Shown here one piece after another: positions 38,244 through 53,785 of a stretch of 64,000 nucleotides of DNA. Where the stretch lies: contig OX597825.1 of assembly GCA_951406725.2 (NCBI GenBank), positions 5,270,001 through 5,334,000 of the forward strand, written 5' to 3'. The DNA is from Octopus vulgaris. Its lineage: Eukaryota. The position numbers were made by a program, and so were the translations under genes. How positions within the stretch are numbered: position 1 is the first letter of the stretch; each line of letters begins with the position of its first letter. The notes beneath the pieces are model-generated. The model ran no database searches, was not told the DNA's origin, and saw only the letters and a program-made list of their open reading frames with translations.

Positions 38244-38538
38244 CAGATTTATTAGTGATGGATTTGCCAGAATTGATAATTCTGGCAAAATACTTTATAA
38301 GCTTCTGTTAGTACACCAGGTTGGCAATGTCGCTTAGGTTAGTAAAGAACCCCACGTATTCTTGTGGCAGGGTCCGAAGTTCTAGTTCATCATCATTCCA
38401 TTTTGTAATCTGGGAATGAATCCCAGTTTTACTGGATTTTGCACAGAAAAATAATAAATAATGGTCATTGTAGTGACTATTCTTTATATATTCTCTGGGA
38501 TTGGTGAAATGATGAGGCCCCAATAAGAGTCGAACAAT

Positions 38539-38607
38539 AATAGCTCTTATTAAATAGCTCTTATTAAATAGCTCTTATTAAATAGCTCTTATTAAATAGC
38601 TCTTATT
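38539..38607. repeat. 14-bp tandem repeat (AATAGCTCTTATTA) x about 5
   Basis: Read directly from the sequence. Confidence 0.95.
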
Positions 38608-38845
38608 CAGGGACATTTTGAGCTGGATGTGCTACTCGACCTGAAGAAAATTCTTAGTGGGTCGCACCTGCAAGGTCATGCCCTGTTTATCTTGATATGA
38701 AATCACCATGTCACGGGCATATGGCTGTGATGCATGTGCCTGGTGTACCCTTGTCGAACGGGTAGCCATGATGGGTGTACTGGGCTTTGTATAATTATAC
38801 CCGCACCGTCACTTTGGTGGCATACGCTACTCTCTCACTCAATAA
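38602..38845 (+). mobile_element. 3' end of an (AAT)n-tailed retroelement
   Basis: Colinear homology with 61327-61564. Both end CTCTCTCACTCAATAAT. Confidence 0.7.
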
Positions 38846-38981
38846 TGATAACAACAACAAGGAAGAGTAAGAGGACAAAGAGGAGGAAGGGGAGGAGGAA
38901 TAGGGGTTGGCGGCGACGGCGGAGGCGGAGGAGGAAAAATATTCCTGATAGCAGCATGTAATAATGGTCATGATGTCAGTG

Positions 38982-39200
38982 AATAATGGTTTCTATTTTA
39001 GGCAAAAGATCTGAAATTTTGGGGAGCGATGCTGGTCGATTACATCGATCCAAGTGCTCAAATGGTGCTCGTTTTATAAGCTTCCGCAAGAATGAGAGGC
39101 AAAGCTGGCCTCGGTGGAATTTGAACTCAGAACGTAAAGAGGTACGAAAATGTCGCAAAGCACGTTGTCCGGCGTGCAACACAATTCTTCCAGCTGGCTG
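38982..39200 (-). mobile_element. SINE family M
   Basis: CCTCGGTGGAATTTGAACTCAGAACGTAAAG. Confidence 0.75.
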
Positions 39201-40191
39201 TCTTAATAATGATGATGATAACGATGATCATGATCATGATGATTATGCTGAGCCAAGACAGAATTTTAATATGAATGTAACATTTTCATTTTCTTAGGAC
39301 TTGTAATATGATATTACAGGTTATTATCCAAAGCATTGTGTAAAGTAACAACGCTACAGAATAAGCATGTTAGATAAAAACAAAAAAAAAAAGCAAAAAC
39401 CAATACCACGTGATTTTTGGATATTGACGTCATTGAGGTTTAGTTATAGGTGCTAGTTTTCTTTTGTTATATATTTTTTGTTGTTGTTTTCTTTCCAGTT
39501 TCCTTGTGTTTTTTAACGCTATAAAGCCGGCCTCGAATTACAAGATATGACATGCTGATACGACTGTGAATACAGATTTTTGTGATAAGATAAAATATAG
39601 TGTGATGTTCAGCACACGATGAAGGAGAAGATATTGAGAATAGGTTGAATAAAATTAGCGGGAGAAGAAGGAATGAGGAATGGAGGAATAAGAGTTGGCA
39701 GGAATATTACAATGAAGAAGACTTGAATAATTTTTGACTGGACTTAATACGAAATAACCAGTATTAGGAGGACATAAGATCGGAAACGTGAGTGCTGGGA
39801 AATAACAAAATGGATTTTTATATAAGGAATATATTCAATAGAGAACCATTTTGTTTGTTTCTTTGTATGTTGTTTCTTTATCTTTTACTTGTTTCTGTCA
39901 TTAAACTAAGTCCATGCTGGGGCAACGCTTTGATAATTTTCGTCGAAGTAGTCGACCACCAGTAGTTTTTTTATGAAAGCTTCGTACTTATTATATCGGG
40001 CTCTTTTCGTCGAACCGTCAAGTTGCGGGGACATAAACAACGACACCGGCTGGCAAGTGGTCGTGGTGGTGGTGGTGGGCAGACACAAACCGAAAGATAC
40101 ACACACATACATGGTATCTTCTACTATAGTCTCGGCCGGAGCAAAGCCTTGTGAGTGGATTTGGTAGACGAAAACTGAAAGAAGCCCGTCG

Positions 40192-40225
<34 letters not shown>

Positions 40226-40512
40226 TGTATGTATGTATGTATGTATGTATGTATGTATGTGTGTATGTATGCATTCTTGTGTACGTGTGTTTTGCAATTC
40301 CTTTTTAGGAATGGTAGATCTCGAAGCACAGAGAAGGCTATAATTAATAATGTGTAAAAAGTGGGTAGCAAAACCCTTTCAGATGGAAAAAGTCAAAAGC
40401 TGTCCAATATTTACAGACTATTACTTATAGCTTTATGTGTGCTTGGAGAACCTCTTGAAAAGATAATCATATCTCGTCCACTCACAAGTTTCCGTATTTT
40501 TTTAAGGTCTAA

Positions 40513-40826
<314 letters not shown>

Positions 40827-40936
40827 AGAGTTATTAGAAAGTATTAATATGAATTTGCGCACCTGGTGTACGTGTGTGTGTGTATGTGTGTGTACGTGTG
40901 TGTGTGTGCGTTGTACGTGTGTGTGTGTCTGTGTGT

Positions 40937-40994
<58 letters not shown>

Positions 40995-41555
40995 GTATAT
41001 GTGTGTGTGTGTGTGTGTGTGAGTGTGTGTAGCGCATATGAATATCAATTGACGGAAATACGTCATATTTCCCATAAAATTAATTACGTTTATTAACAAT
41101 CAAATAACGATAAAATGAGATTTCGAATCTGTACACAGTCTGCAAATTCTATTCCCTTCGTTATGATGATTCAGAAACGAAAGAGTCCAGGAAACCGAGC
41201 AAATGACGTTTCTTTCACTTGGCTCAGTTATTGTTCTTAACATCAGAATGATTTATTGCTCGGACACCAAAGCTATATTTTAATGATTGACCGCTTATGC
41301 TCGTTTATGGTCTGACCCAATGGTATCGGCGTATATGTCGCAGTATTTATTTGCTTCCAACATAACAACTCTCCATTAATAGACAGACAGCTTTTCGTCA
41401 TATCGATTTCGGTTAGGTTAAATACTAGTAGAATTCGATGAATAATAATCAGTTCAGTCATACTATCTTGGCACACGCACAACACTTGCGTGTACACAGA
41501 CACTTACACTCATACACACACAAACGTGTGTATATATATATATATATATATATAT

Positions 41556-41742
41556 GACCGCGTGTGTGTCGTTGGCGATTTTTTCTTCCGTCTTCCCTTC
41601 CTTGGATATTTCCTTTTCCTATGTTTCTGACGAAGAGCTCCGCTCAAAACGTTAAATCCTCCTCCTTTCTTTCCTTTCCTGAGCATCCAATAACACTATA
41701 CTTGTTCCACGTTCTCGCGTTGTTCTGTTTTCATGTTTGGAT

Positions 41743-41748
<6 letters not shown>
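41556..41748 (+). mobile_element. Short non-autonomous Penelope-like element with a mutated hammerhead (41623-41657)
   Basis: gttt-CTGACGA-a-gagc(tcc)gctc-AAAAC-GTT-aaat, flanked by (TA)n on both sides. Confidence 0.65.
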
Positions 41749-41799
<51 letters not shown>

Positions 41800-41862
41800 G
41801 ATTTAAATGCACGCTATTACTAGTTACATACCTCTGAATATGCAAGGGTTGGATAAGACTGT

Positions 41863-41943
41863 ATAGGATGCCGTTTATTTTCAGGCAATCATTCATTCAA
41901 TCTCGAGGTCTAAATGATTGCCTGAAAATACACGGTGCTCTGT
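41863..41943. other. Long hairpin (perfect 18-bp core stem, 19-nt loop)
   Basis: TATTTTCAGGCAATCATT (41876-41893) pairs with AATGATTGCCTGAAAATA (41913-41930), extended by CCGT/ACGG and G-U pairs. Confidence 0.8.
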
Positions 41944-42162
41944 CGGCTATGCCTCTAATTGCCCAATTGTTTTCCCCGTCATTTAATCCCACCATATTGA
42001 CAAGTACATATCTTATCAGGTACGAGTCCTATCAAGAGATTTGCATGAAAACAGTTTTAAAAATTGCATCAAGAACACCTTGAACAGAAGTAAACTAATT
42101 CTAAATTAAATAAATTAATACTAAACAGAGATAACAAAATTAGGGCAAACAAGGAAATATAT

Positions 42163-42590
42163 GCTTGTTTGCTCGCTTGTTTGCTTGCTTGATGCGGTTC
42201 TGGTCATCTCTAGTCAGTGGTCCTAGGGACGTGATCATGCTTAGAGCCAACCAGGTTCATCAGTGCTCTCTATCGCTGACGCTCCAGTGCCAACCCCTCT
42301 GTATCCTCCGAGTGGATCTTCTTTAATCACGTCCGTTCATCTTAAGCAGGATCCTGCCATGAGGCCTCTTTCAACCCGCAGCTGCCCCATCGAATGAGGG
42401 TAAAGCCCTTGAAGGATGATCTAGCGAGAGACGAAGAACTTGACCGTACAAGCGCCATCGACGAATAGCTATGAGGTGGAAATTTGCGCCCTGATGCGTC
42501 TGCACATGCTGTTTATTGTGGGAAACATGATGGTACCATTTGATGCTCTCAATGATTCTTAAGGTTCTGCTATCGACAGGGGCTACGTTT
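42163..42590 (-). pseudogene. RTE-clade LINE 3' end with (CAAG)n-like tail
   Basis: LRIIESIKWYHHVSH...IAIRRWRLYGQVLRLSLDHPSRAL...G*KRPHGR, followed by a short tandem tail. Confidence 0.7.
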
Positions 42591-43411
42591 CTTACTCTCT
42601 CTCTCTCTCTCTCTCTGTATATATATATAAATATGTATATATGTTGACAGAGAGAGAGAGAGACGAGGTTGTGTGTTGAGAAGTTAGATTCCCAAACCCA
42701 TGATTCCAGGTTCAGTCCCACTGCGTAGAACCTCGAGTAGGTATCTTGTATTATAGCTTCGATCAAAGCTCTGTGGGTGGACAATGGATAGGCTTTATTT
42801 CGAATGTACTCACAAAACTTTGATAGGTCTTGGGCTATTTCAAAAGCCATTTGGTTCGCCTAGAGCGCCGTGCGGTGCGACCGAACCCAGTACCTCATGC
42901 TTGGAAAGCAGACTTTTTAACGACGCCGCCACGTTTTGCAGTCTGTCAGCTTCTTTATTTGTCAAATATTTCTAGACGCGTCCTTGTTCCAATTCTCTTA
43001 TCTCTGTTGCTTATAGTTTAGTGTTAGTGTTAGTTTACTTAATTTAGTATTCTTTTACTTCGGCTCAAGGTGTTATTGATGCATTTCTAAACCGAAATCA
43101 TGCAACAGTCTCTGCGGAAATCGTGGAAGAATTTGATAATATAAGAGCAATGGAAGGCATAATCAACAGAACATTGGAAACAAATTCTTTGCATTCTGCA
43201 TTCAAATCTATCCTAGGATGAAGTTATCTCTGAAACATTTAGGGAGGATACAAGCAAATACTGGAGTCGAGGGTCGCCTTCTCATAATCCCGTATCTGTG
43301 TGCTTATGTTAGAGAATATTGCTGGCATCAACGTCACCATCACCATCATCATCATCATCGTCGTCGTCGTCGTTGACGTCGTCATCATCGTCATCATCAT
43401 CGTTATCACAG

Positions 43412-43626
43412 ACGACAAGCTGGCAGAATCGTTAGCACGCCGGGCAAAATGCTTAGCAGTATTTCGTCTGCCGCTACATTGTGAGTTCAAATTCCGCCGA
43501 GGTCGACTTTGCCTTTCGTCCTTCCGAGGCCGATAAACTAAGTACCAGTTGCGTACTGAGATCGATCTAATCGACTAGCACCCTCCCCCAAAATTTATGG
43601 TCTTGTGCCTAGAGTTGAAAAGAATA
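43412..43626 (+). mobile_element. SINE family M, near complete
   Basis: AAGCTGGCAGAATCGTTAGCACGCCGGG...CCTAGAGTTGAAAAGAAT. Confidence 0.85.
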
Positions 43627-43955
43627 TTTGGCATGTCGGACAAAATGCTTAGCAGCATATCGGTCGTCCTTGCGTTCTGAGTTCAAATTCCACCGAGGTC
43701 GATTTTGCATGTGTGCTTCGATATGTTTTTCCATGTATACCTGTGATGAGACGATACGTTTCAGAGTGGCAACAAAATACTCTCTGGTCTTTCGTCCACC
43801 GGTTACGTTCCTTGGGCGGACTTGAATATCGACGGTGATTAACAAACTAAGCATGAGACAAGTCAGATCCGCAGTCAGAGGACACATACATACATACATA
43901 CATACATACATACATACATACATACATACATACATACATACATACATACATACAT

Positions 43956-44370
43956 ACTCTTTTACTCTTTTACTTGTTTCAGTCATTTGACTGTGGCCAT
44001 GCTGGAGCACCACCTTTTAGTCGAACAAATGGACCCCATGACTTATTCTTATGTAATCCCAGTACTTATTCTATCGGTGTCTTTTGCCGAACCGTTAAGT
44101 TACGGGGACGCAAACACAGCAGCATCGGTTGTCAAGCAATGCTAGGGGGACAAACACAGACACACAAACATACACACACATACATATATATATATACATA
44201 TATACGATGAGCTTCTTTCAGTTTCCGTCTATCAAATCCACTCACAAGGCTTATGTCGGCCCGAGGCTATAGTAGAAGAATACTTGCCCAAGGTGCCACG
44301 CAGTGGGACTGAACCCGAAACCATGTGGTTGGTAAGCAAGCTACTTGCCACACAGTCACTCCTGCGCCTA
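43956..44370 (-). mobile_element. SINE family B, complete, inside a (CATA)n tract
   Basis: Full-length match to the reverse complement of 56243-56645. Confidence 0.88.
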
Positions 44371-44713
44371 TACATACATACATACATACATACATACATA
44401 CATACATACATACATACATACATACATACATACATACATACATACATACATAAATTCGTATGTACGTACGTGCGTACATACAGACATACATAAGTGTATA
44501 CATACACACATACATACACAAATATATACATATAAACATATATGCAACATACATATGTGCGTACGTAGTTATATACACACAGACAGACATACGTTCATAC
44601 GTATGTACATACACATATACATACACTAATACATACATACACGGATATATACATAAATACATACATACACATACACACACATACACACATACGTATGTGT
44701 GTATGTGCGGTTT

Positions 44714-44750
<37 letters not shown>

Positions 44751-45269
44751 GTGTGCGTGTATGTGAGTGTTTGTGAAAGCTTTAGTCGAACACAATTTTG
44801 TTGCTGGTAATCTATCTCTCTTTGCATAAGTTAAGGGGACGTAAATAGACCGACACCGGTTGCCAGGCGGTGAGGCACAAATAGAAAGTCCGGCACACAC
44901 TTACACACACATACGCAAGTTATTTACACACATATGTGTATATATACATATATACAATACATACACAAACATACATTTATATACACTTATAGTTAAATAC
45001 ACACATACACGCAAACACACACGCATTCCCAAATACACACACACACACACATTTATACATGGGCGTCTTCTGCGCCGTTTCCGTTCACCTATTTCATTGA
45101 CAATGAAACATTCAGCGAGGGCCTAAACGGGAAATATCTATCCAAGGCCAGCTCAGTCGTATAATAACAAACTCACATGGGTGTAGAGAGAATTTCTCAG
45201 CATAACAGCATGTTTACGTTTAACATATGTACACACACACACACACACTGACACACACACACACACAAA

Positions 45270-45304
<35 letters not shown>

Positions 45305-45549
45305 TGACACACACACATATCCATGTATACACTGACACACACAGACATTATAATGATAGATAGAAAGACAGACAGACAGACAGACGGCAAACTGACAGAC
45401 AGATAGATAGATGCATTCATGCATACGTACGTATGTGTGCTGCGTGTGTGTGTGTGTGTGTGTGTGCGTGCATGTATGTTTGTATGCATAGTATATGTAC
45501 GTCAGTACAGGCACATACACGCACACATATACATACATATGTATGTGTG

Positions 45550-45582
<33 letters not shown>

Positions 45583-45761
45583 CGTTTTTGGATTTGGTTT
45601 GCAAGATTCTTTAAGTGAGTTCGTGTGTTGAAGCATATTCTATTGTGTCTTATTCCTTATTTTTATTTTCCTATAATTTTCGTTGCGTCTTGCAACCTTT
45701 TCAATAATCTTGACTATATATACATATCTATATATATATATATATATATATACATACATAC

Positions 45762-45818
<57 letters not shown>

Positions 45819-45823
45819 CATAC

Positions 45824-45873
<50 letters not shown>

Positions 45874-46371
45874 TACATATACATACCTCAGTGTGTGTAT
45901 GCAAATGTGGATGTACATTTACATGCATGTATGTATATATGTATATATATATATATATATATGACAGTGTGTGCGCATATGTATGTATAAATGTTTGCGC
46001 GTGTGTATGCACATATTCAGATAAATATGTATGTATGCACGTATGTATGTATGTATGTATGCATGCATGAATTTATGTATGTATGTATGTATGTATGCAT
46101 GCATGCATGAATGTATGTATTATGCATGCATGTATGTATGTATGTATGCATGTATGTATGTATGTATGTATGCATGTATTTATGTATGTATGTATGTATG
46201 TATGTATGCATGTATGTATCTGGCCGCCAAAGAGCCTGGAAACAACAATAGAATTTAATGTAGCACTGCTTCTATACCGCGATGCATTTTGAACGTGACT
46301 GCAATGCCAAATATATATACAAGCTCACACATCTCCTCCACCATTGCAGTAACACCAACAACAACAGCAGC

Positions 46372-46435
<64 letters not shown>

Positions 46436-46583
46436 GTACCAACAACATTAATAGCAGCAGTCATAATAGCACAGTTGGAGCAGATATCTAATATGTCCAC
46501 AGCTGTTTTCATTTTCCACATATCCCAAGAACACAAATATTTGAAATAAACCGTTACGTACACGCAAACACACGTACCCAGAG

Positions 46584-46623
<40 letters not shown>

Positions 46624-46859
46624 CATCGAACAAAACTTCTCTCCCCTCCCCTCTTGCCATCCGTACTTTACACGTCTTTATACGTAAGCTCACTTCCGCG
46701 CACGCACTGTCCTGCAAATACGCACAGATGTTACTTCTTTGCCCAGTGACCTACTCATACAGTCAGCATTGCTTGTCTGCCCACGCGCCTGCCTTTTTAT
46801 TGTGACGCTTTTTAGCCTCCGTACATAAACATATGGAACAAGACACATCGATCCACGCA

Positions 46860-48075
<1,216 letters not shown>

Positions 48076-48422
48076 GATAGGGAGAAAGATAAGTAGGTAG
48101 GTAGGTAGGACGGTCGGTAGGTAGGCAGGTAGATATATAATGTATATGTACGTCTTTATGTTTATATATATATATATATATAGACCCACACTCACACACA
48201 CATGTACAGACTCTCACACACACACACATATGCACATGTATACACACACACACATAGGGTATAGTACAGCACATGCGTGTATTCGTCTCTTAACCTAGTA
48301 AGGCCTATAATTACAACGACACCGTCGCCGCCAGAATCTGGTATTGTGTCTCTTAGCGTCTTCCGTACACGAGGACTACTTCTGACACATCTACGCATAT
48401 CGCTTGTAGGAGTACGCGCGTG

Positions 48423-48482
<60 letters not shown>

Positions 48483-49075
48483 TGAGTGTGTGTGTGTGTT
48501 TGTGTTCTCGACTAAATGCAGTTGTACATGAAGAGATGTATGTATAAACGGTTATATGCTTTCACTAAATCTTATTCATTTCTTCTATTTCAGTTAAATA
48601 ATGCAGAGCAATGAATGAAGACCCTATCTTCCTATCCCGTCCACAAAGCCAGTTGCATGGAATAGCCACTTATGTTTAGGTATCTGACTGTACCTGTGTG
48701 CATAGATGTGTTTCGTGGGTGTGTATATGAATGCATATGTGTGCGTGGTGTAAGAGCGAGTGTGTACATAAAATGCGTATGGCTACAGATATATAATAAG
48801 ATCTAATGGTCCCTTGTATGAATGAACGCATGTGTGTATTGTGTGCGTGTGTGAGTGTGTGTATCTTTGTGCGTATGTATATGTTCATATGAGAAATTGT
48901 TAATGTGTGTTTGAGCTTGCTTTTGAATGCGTGTTTCCGTGTAGGTGCAACCAAATAGTTCTAGGTTCAGCCCCACGGCGTGTCACCTTAGGCAAATATC
49001 TTCAACTACTCCTCCGGGCTTACCAAAATTTCGTGAGTGGATGCGGTAGAAGGAGATCAAAACAACATACAGATA

Positions 49076-49136
<61 letters not shown>

Positions 49137-49214
49137 TACACGTGCATGCATGCATACATACATGCATGCATACATTCATACACGCATACATACATACATA
49201 CATACATACGTACA

Positions 49215-49245
<31 letters not shown>

Positions 49246-49558
49246 GTATATATGTGTATGTATACATATAGCAATATATACATATTTGTATGTATGTATG
49301 TATGTACGTACGTACGTACGAATGTATGTATGTATTATGTGCATGCGTCCTTGTGTTTTTCCACCACCAGCGGCTTGACAATCTTGGTTTGTTTACGCCC
49401 TCCCCCTCCCCCAAATTAGCGGTTCCAGAAAAAGGATGGATAGAATATATACAAGATTTACAAAAGTAAGTACCTGGCTTGATTCAGTCAAATAAAGCAA
49501 CTCAAGTCGGTCCCAGCTTAGCCGCAGTCCAATGACTGAAGCAAGTTAGAAGAAAAAG

Positions 49559-49619
<61 letters not shown>

Positions 49620-49624
49620 TGCAT

Positions 49625-49782
49625 ATATTGGTATCGGACGTCACCAACTGTGTAAACAACATAAAGTACGAAAACAAACGAGTTAAATACGCAGACAAAA
49701 TGGTAAACAGGACAAGTAACACACAGAATGAACCTTCATCAGTTGTCGGCTGTCTATCTACTCCTCATTTCGAGCATTCAAA
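49625..49782 (-). mobile_element. 5'-truncated element with the 3' half of the scrambled hammerhead-like motif
   Basis: Minus strand: gctc-GAAA, then 25 nt, then CTGATGA-agg, the same spacing as 10573-10608. The downstream tail resembles 10610-10735. Confidence 0.5.
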
Positions 49783-49921
49783 CACACGCACACACACACA
49801 CACACACACACATATGTATGTATATATGTGTATGTGCGTTTGTGTGTATATGTGTGTGAATATGTGTGTGTGTAACAAAACAGGAAGCTGGAAGATTTAG
49901 TGGTATTATTTATTTGTTCAC

Positions 49922-49968
<47 letters not shown>

Positions 49969-50740
49969 AAGAGAGAGGGAGAGAGAGAGAGAATAGGTAC
50001 TATCCCATGCTAGCAAGTAGGATAATAGTTGAAATGCATGGAAAGCGAATAAGAATATTTCTCTATTTTAAACAACCGGTTTCACAATTGTCTGATTTTT
50101 TCATAAGTGCAAGATTATCAAACTTTGATAAGCACTGTCCTTCGAATCTTTCTGCCCATGAGTCACTTGATTCTTCAAGTACTTCTTTCTACTTTAACAC
50201 GTTATATGGCTTCACTCCATTTTACCGAATGTTAAATTCAACCAAACGATGAGGTACTTATAGATCTCAGTATAGTTGTTTCTACAAAGTACAAGGCAAT
50301 GATACAAAATTGCTCATGATTTTATCTACTTATTCATTTTTATATTAATTTTCTTCTTTTTCCAGCGGTCATAACTAGATGTGTTTCACAACACCCTATA
50401 AGAAATTGTTGTCATTCATTAGCTTTCGTAGATCCGTAATTTCACGTTGTGTGTCTGCCAATAACATTGACGTCATTGAGTCGGCTCCGTTCTCTTTCAG
50501 AGTGCGGAAGTCTCCAAAATATAACATCTAAAACGGCCGGTTGCTCATCGTGATAGCAGAAGCCAGCACCATATTTATTTATTGACAGCAGCCACAGCGT
50601 GTATAGATTAAGACCCTAGGCCGGTGGAGCACCAGAACAAATGAATGCACTCGGGCCGAGGGTATTTATTGCCAGCAAGCCCCGGTACACAGAGTTCATA
50701 TAACTTCGAGCAAATCAATACATTGGGCCTTATAGAATTT

Positions 50741-50858
50741 ATAGGTGCAAGAGTGGCTGCTTGGTAAGTAGCTTGCTTACCAACCACATTGTTCTGGATT
50801 CAGTCCCATTGCGTGGCACCTTGGGCAAGTAGTAGACGGAAACTGATAGAATCCCGCC

Positions 50859-50903
<45 letters not shown>

Positions 50904-51168
50904 CAAATATACATACACACACACACACATACACATACACACATACATATATATATATATGTATATATATGTCTGTGTTTGTCCCCACCCCCATTATCGA
51001 GTGACAACAGACGTTGGTGTGTTTACGTCCCCATAACTTAGCAGCTCGGCATAAGTGAGCGATAGAATAAGTCCTGGGGGTCAATTTGTTCGACTAAAGG
51101 CGGTGCTCCTGCATGGTCGCAGTCAAATGACTGAAACAAGTAAAAGAATGAAAGAAAAAAAAAAGAAT
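50741..51168 (+). mobile_element. SINE family B with internal deletion and microsatellite
   Basis: GGTAAGTAGCTTGCTTACCAACCAC...AAATGACTGAAACAAGTAAAAG. Confidence 0.82.
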
Positions 51169-51632
51169 AATGTACATAGATCGAAATTAGGTCCTTAGTT
51201 CCATGAGGGCCCCGGGTAACTGCCTGGTGTTTCCATGTCTTAAGCCGGTAAAAGCACAACTGGGTAGTGTGTGAGAGAATGAGAATTAAAAAGAATTAAA
51301 GACGATTGGTGAATGGCATTTAATAGAAAAAGAACTTAATAGTTTAATGGGGCATAAAACCATGAATGATTGCAAGAGAAGAGACGGAAGGGAAAGCAAC
51401 GTGTTTATGGTTGTAGTGTAGTAATGAGTGAGTCTTTTTCTAAACAGACGTAGATTTCTACATGAATGAGTTCCAACAATGCTGCTGCTGCTAATAGTGA
51501 TCCGAAATAGCAGGTTGACTATTTTAACCTGCCTTGAATGGAATTCTTTTGAAATTATCGGGAAGCTAAGAATTATGAGTCATCACAGACAACAAATTTC
51601 AGAAATTTGAATATACGTGTATATGTGTATAC

Positions 51633-51697
<65 letters not shown>

Positions 51698-51926
51698 AAT
51701 ATATTTGTATGCGTTTGCGTATGTGTGTGCGGGAGGAGTAGCAATGTCTACGTATTTTCAGGAATGTGAAATTTGTAGAAGAAAATTGTTGCCAACTCTA
51801 AATTTACAGATACACATTTATAGACAAATGCTGTTAGCAAACCAAACTTAAGATTTTTCAATGTAAAATACCGGTAGATTGACAGACAGACCGAGACAGA
51901 GCGAGTGAAAGGGAACATGTTACATA

Positions 51927-51965
<39 letters not shown>

Positions 51966-52385
51966 TTGTATGCATGTATGTTTAGAGAGAGAGAGAGTTT
52001 TTGAAGTGATGTGCAGATATTGTATATTTAGAATAATAAGGTAGTCAGAATGTTGAATGACTATATATATTTTTTTATTTACATTTTATTCAAATTTTCA
52101 CCGCCTTCTTCCGTTATCGAATTTATTAAAAAGTGGTTTAAAGTTAGATTTTTTGGCCTCTTTATATATAAATTTTTTTGTGGGGTTTGCCAAGCAAGGG
52201 AGAAGGAAGAAGAAAACTTTTTTGAGAAAGCTGAGGAGGTAAAGAGGAGGGGCTTTGCATTGTCAGACTTGTTTTGTTTAGTACTTAGTGGTTTTTTAAG
52301 GTGGGAAAGTAAAAGAATTTTTTTATATGAATTGGTCATGGTTTTAATTGATAAACCAGATGTTTTTTACTTTATTCCGTAAAAA

Positions 52386-53785
52386 ATTGACTTTCTCAAA
52401 CACATCTCAACTACTATCTCAGAAGATACTACACTTGCAAATTTTTTCGTCACTAACATTTATACGAACATACCACATACCTTAGACCTGGAAGTGGTTA
52501 AACACTGGGTAGAGAAACGCAGAAGATCTATAGATGAACATTTCAAAACAGACTTCATTACCAAAGCCACTCATCTATTACTAAAAGAAAACAATTTCAG
52601 ATTTTATAATAAGATATACAGACAATAAAGGGCACGGCTATGGGTACGAAATTTGCACCCTCGTATGCCAAACTAGTCTTGCGTTACCTAGACGATACAC
52701 TTTACGAGGAAACAGAAAAAACCTTTGATCACAACTTCAAGGAAAACATCATGAAGAAATGGAAGCGCTACATCGATGACTGCTTCATTTTGGGGGATAA
52801 ACCAAAAGAAGACCTACGAACATTTCACAACACCCTCAACACAGTGCACCCATCTATCAAATTCACAACAGAAACCAGACACAATAAACTACCATTCCTA
52901 GACATTCACATCAAAATACACAACTCCAATATTTAAAGTTTTACTCTTGCCACCCCTCACACATCAAAAGGAACATCCCATACAGTCTCGCAAGACGCAT
53001 CTGCACTATAGTAATTGAGCCACAAATACTCCAAATTAGATTTGATGAAATCAAAAACTCCTTGCAAGAACAAAATTACCCTGTGAAACTTATAAATAAT
53101 GGAATCTCGAACGCAGTGAATTTAGACATCACACAACTTAGAACTCCAAATGAAAAAACTAAGGAACAAACTATTCCAGTTATTAATACATACAACCCTT
53201 GAATAACCAATATTTTCCACGTTATACAATCAAACCTACCACTACTCTTACATATCCCCAAAATAAGAAAACTGATAGGCAAAAGCTACCTGCGAAATGG
53301 TAAACGCCAGGAAAAAAAACCTTAAGGAACAACTTACAACAGCAAAATTCACATCAGAGAACGTAACAGAAGTCTTTCTAAATGAATGTGAAGAGACCAG
53401 ATGTGGAATATGCAACAACAACAATAACTACAAATGTATAGACGGGGACACCCACATAAAATTTAAGAGTGGATTCTTATTCAAAGTAAATGCAAATATG
53501 AACTGCAAGACAAAAAACTTCATAAACTACATTACTTGCCCCAAATGCAAGGAGAATTATATTGGCGAAAGCAATAATTCCCTTTCCCAACGCGCAAGAA
53601 TCCACAGACAGCACATCCGACAAGAGCAGGTACGGAAATTTCCACTGAGCAAACATTTGGAAATATGTGGAAAAGAAAAATTCAAAATCTTTCCCATCTA
53701 CAAATGCTCAAGGAACAACCCAAACTTCCGAAAAACAATGGAGCTACACTTCATAAAGAAGTTCTCACCAAAATTAAACGCTTGA
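52386..53785 (+). pseudogene. Penelope-like retroelement ORF (RT plus GIY-YIG endonuclease), 5'-truncated and frameshifted
   Basis: IDFLKH...NIYTNIPH; GTAMGTKFAPSYA; WKRYIDDCF; SIKFT..LPFLD; SCHPSHIKRNIPYSLARRICTI; a Cys-rich linker CEETRCGIC; NYITCPKCKENYIGES...RARIH...ELHFIKKFSPKLN. Confidence 0.92.

Noticed and set aside
38539-38607. CRISPR-like array
   Set aside because: It is a spacerless tandem repeat in eukaryotic DNA.
43068-43221. 50-codon open frame GVIDAFLNRNH...KSILG* as a terminal exon
   Set aside because: The acceptor is weak, the frame is short, and no motif is recognisable.
52020-52382. 110-aa ORF upstream of the Penelope RT
   Set aside because: The composition is biased and no domain is recognisable; it is kept only as a possible inverted segment.
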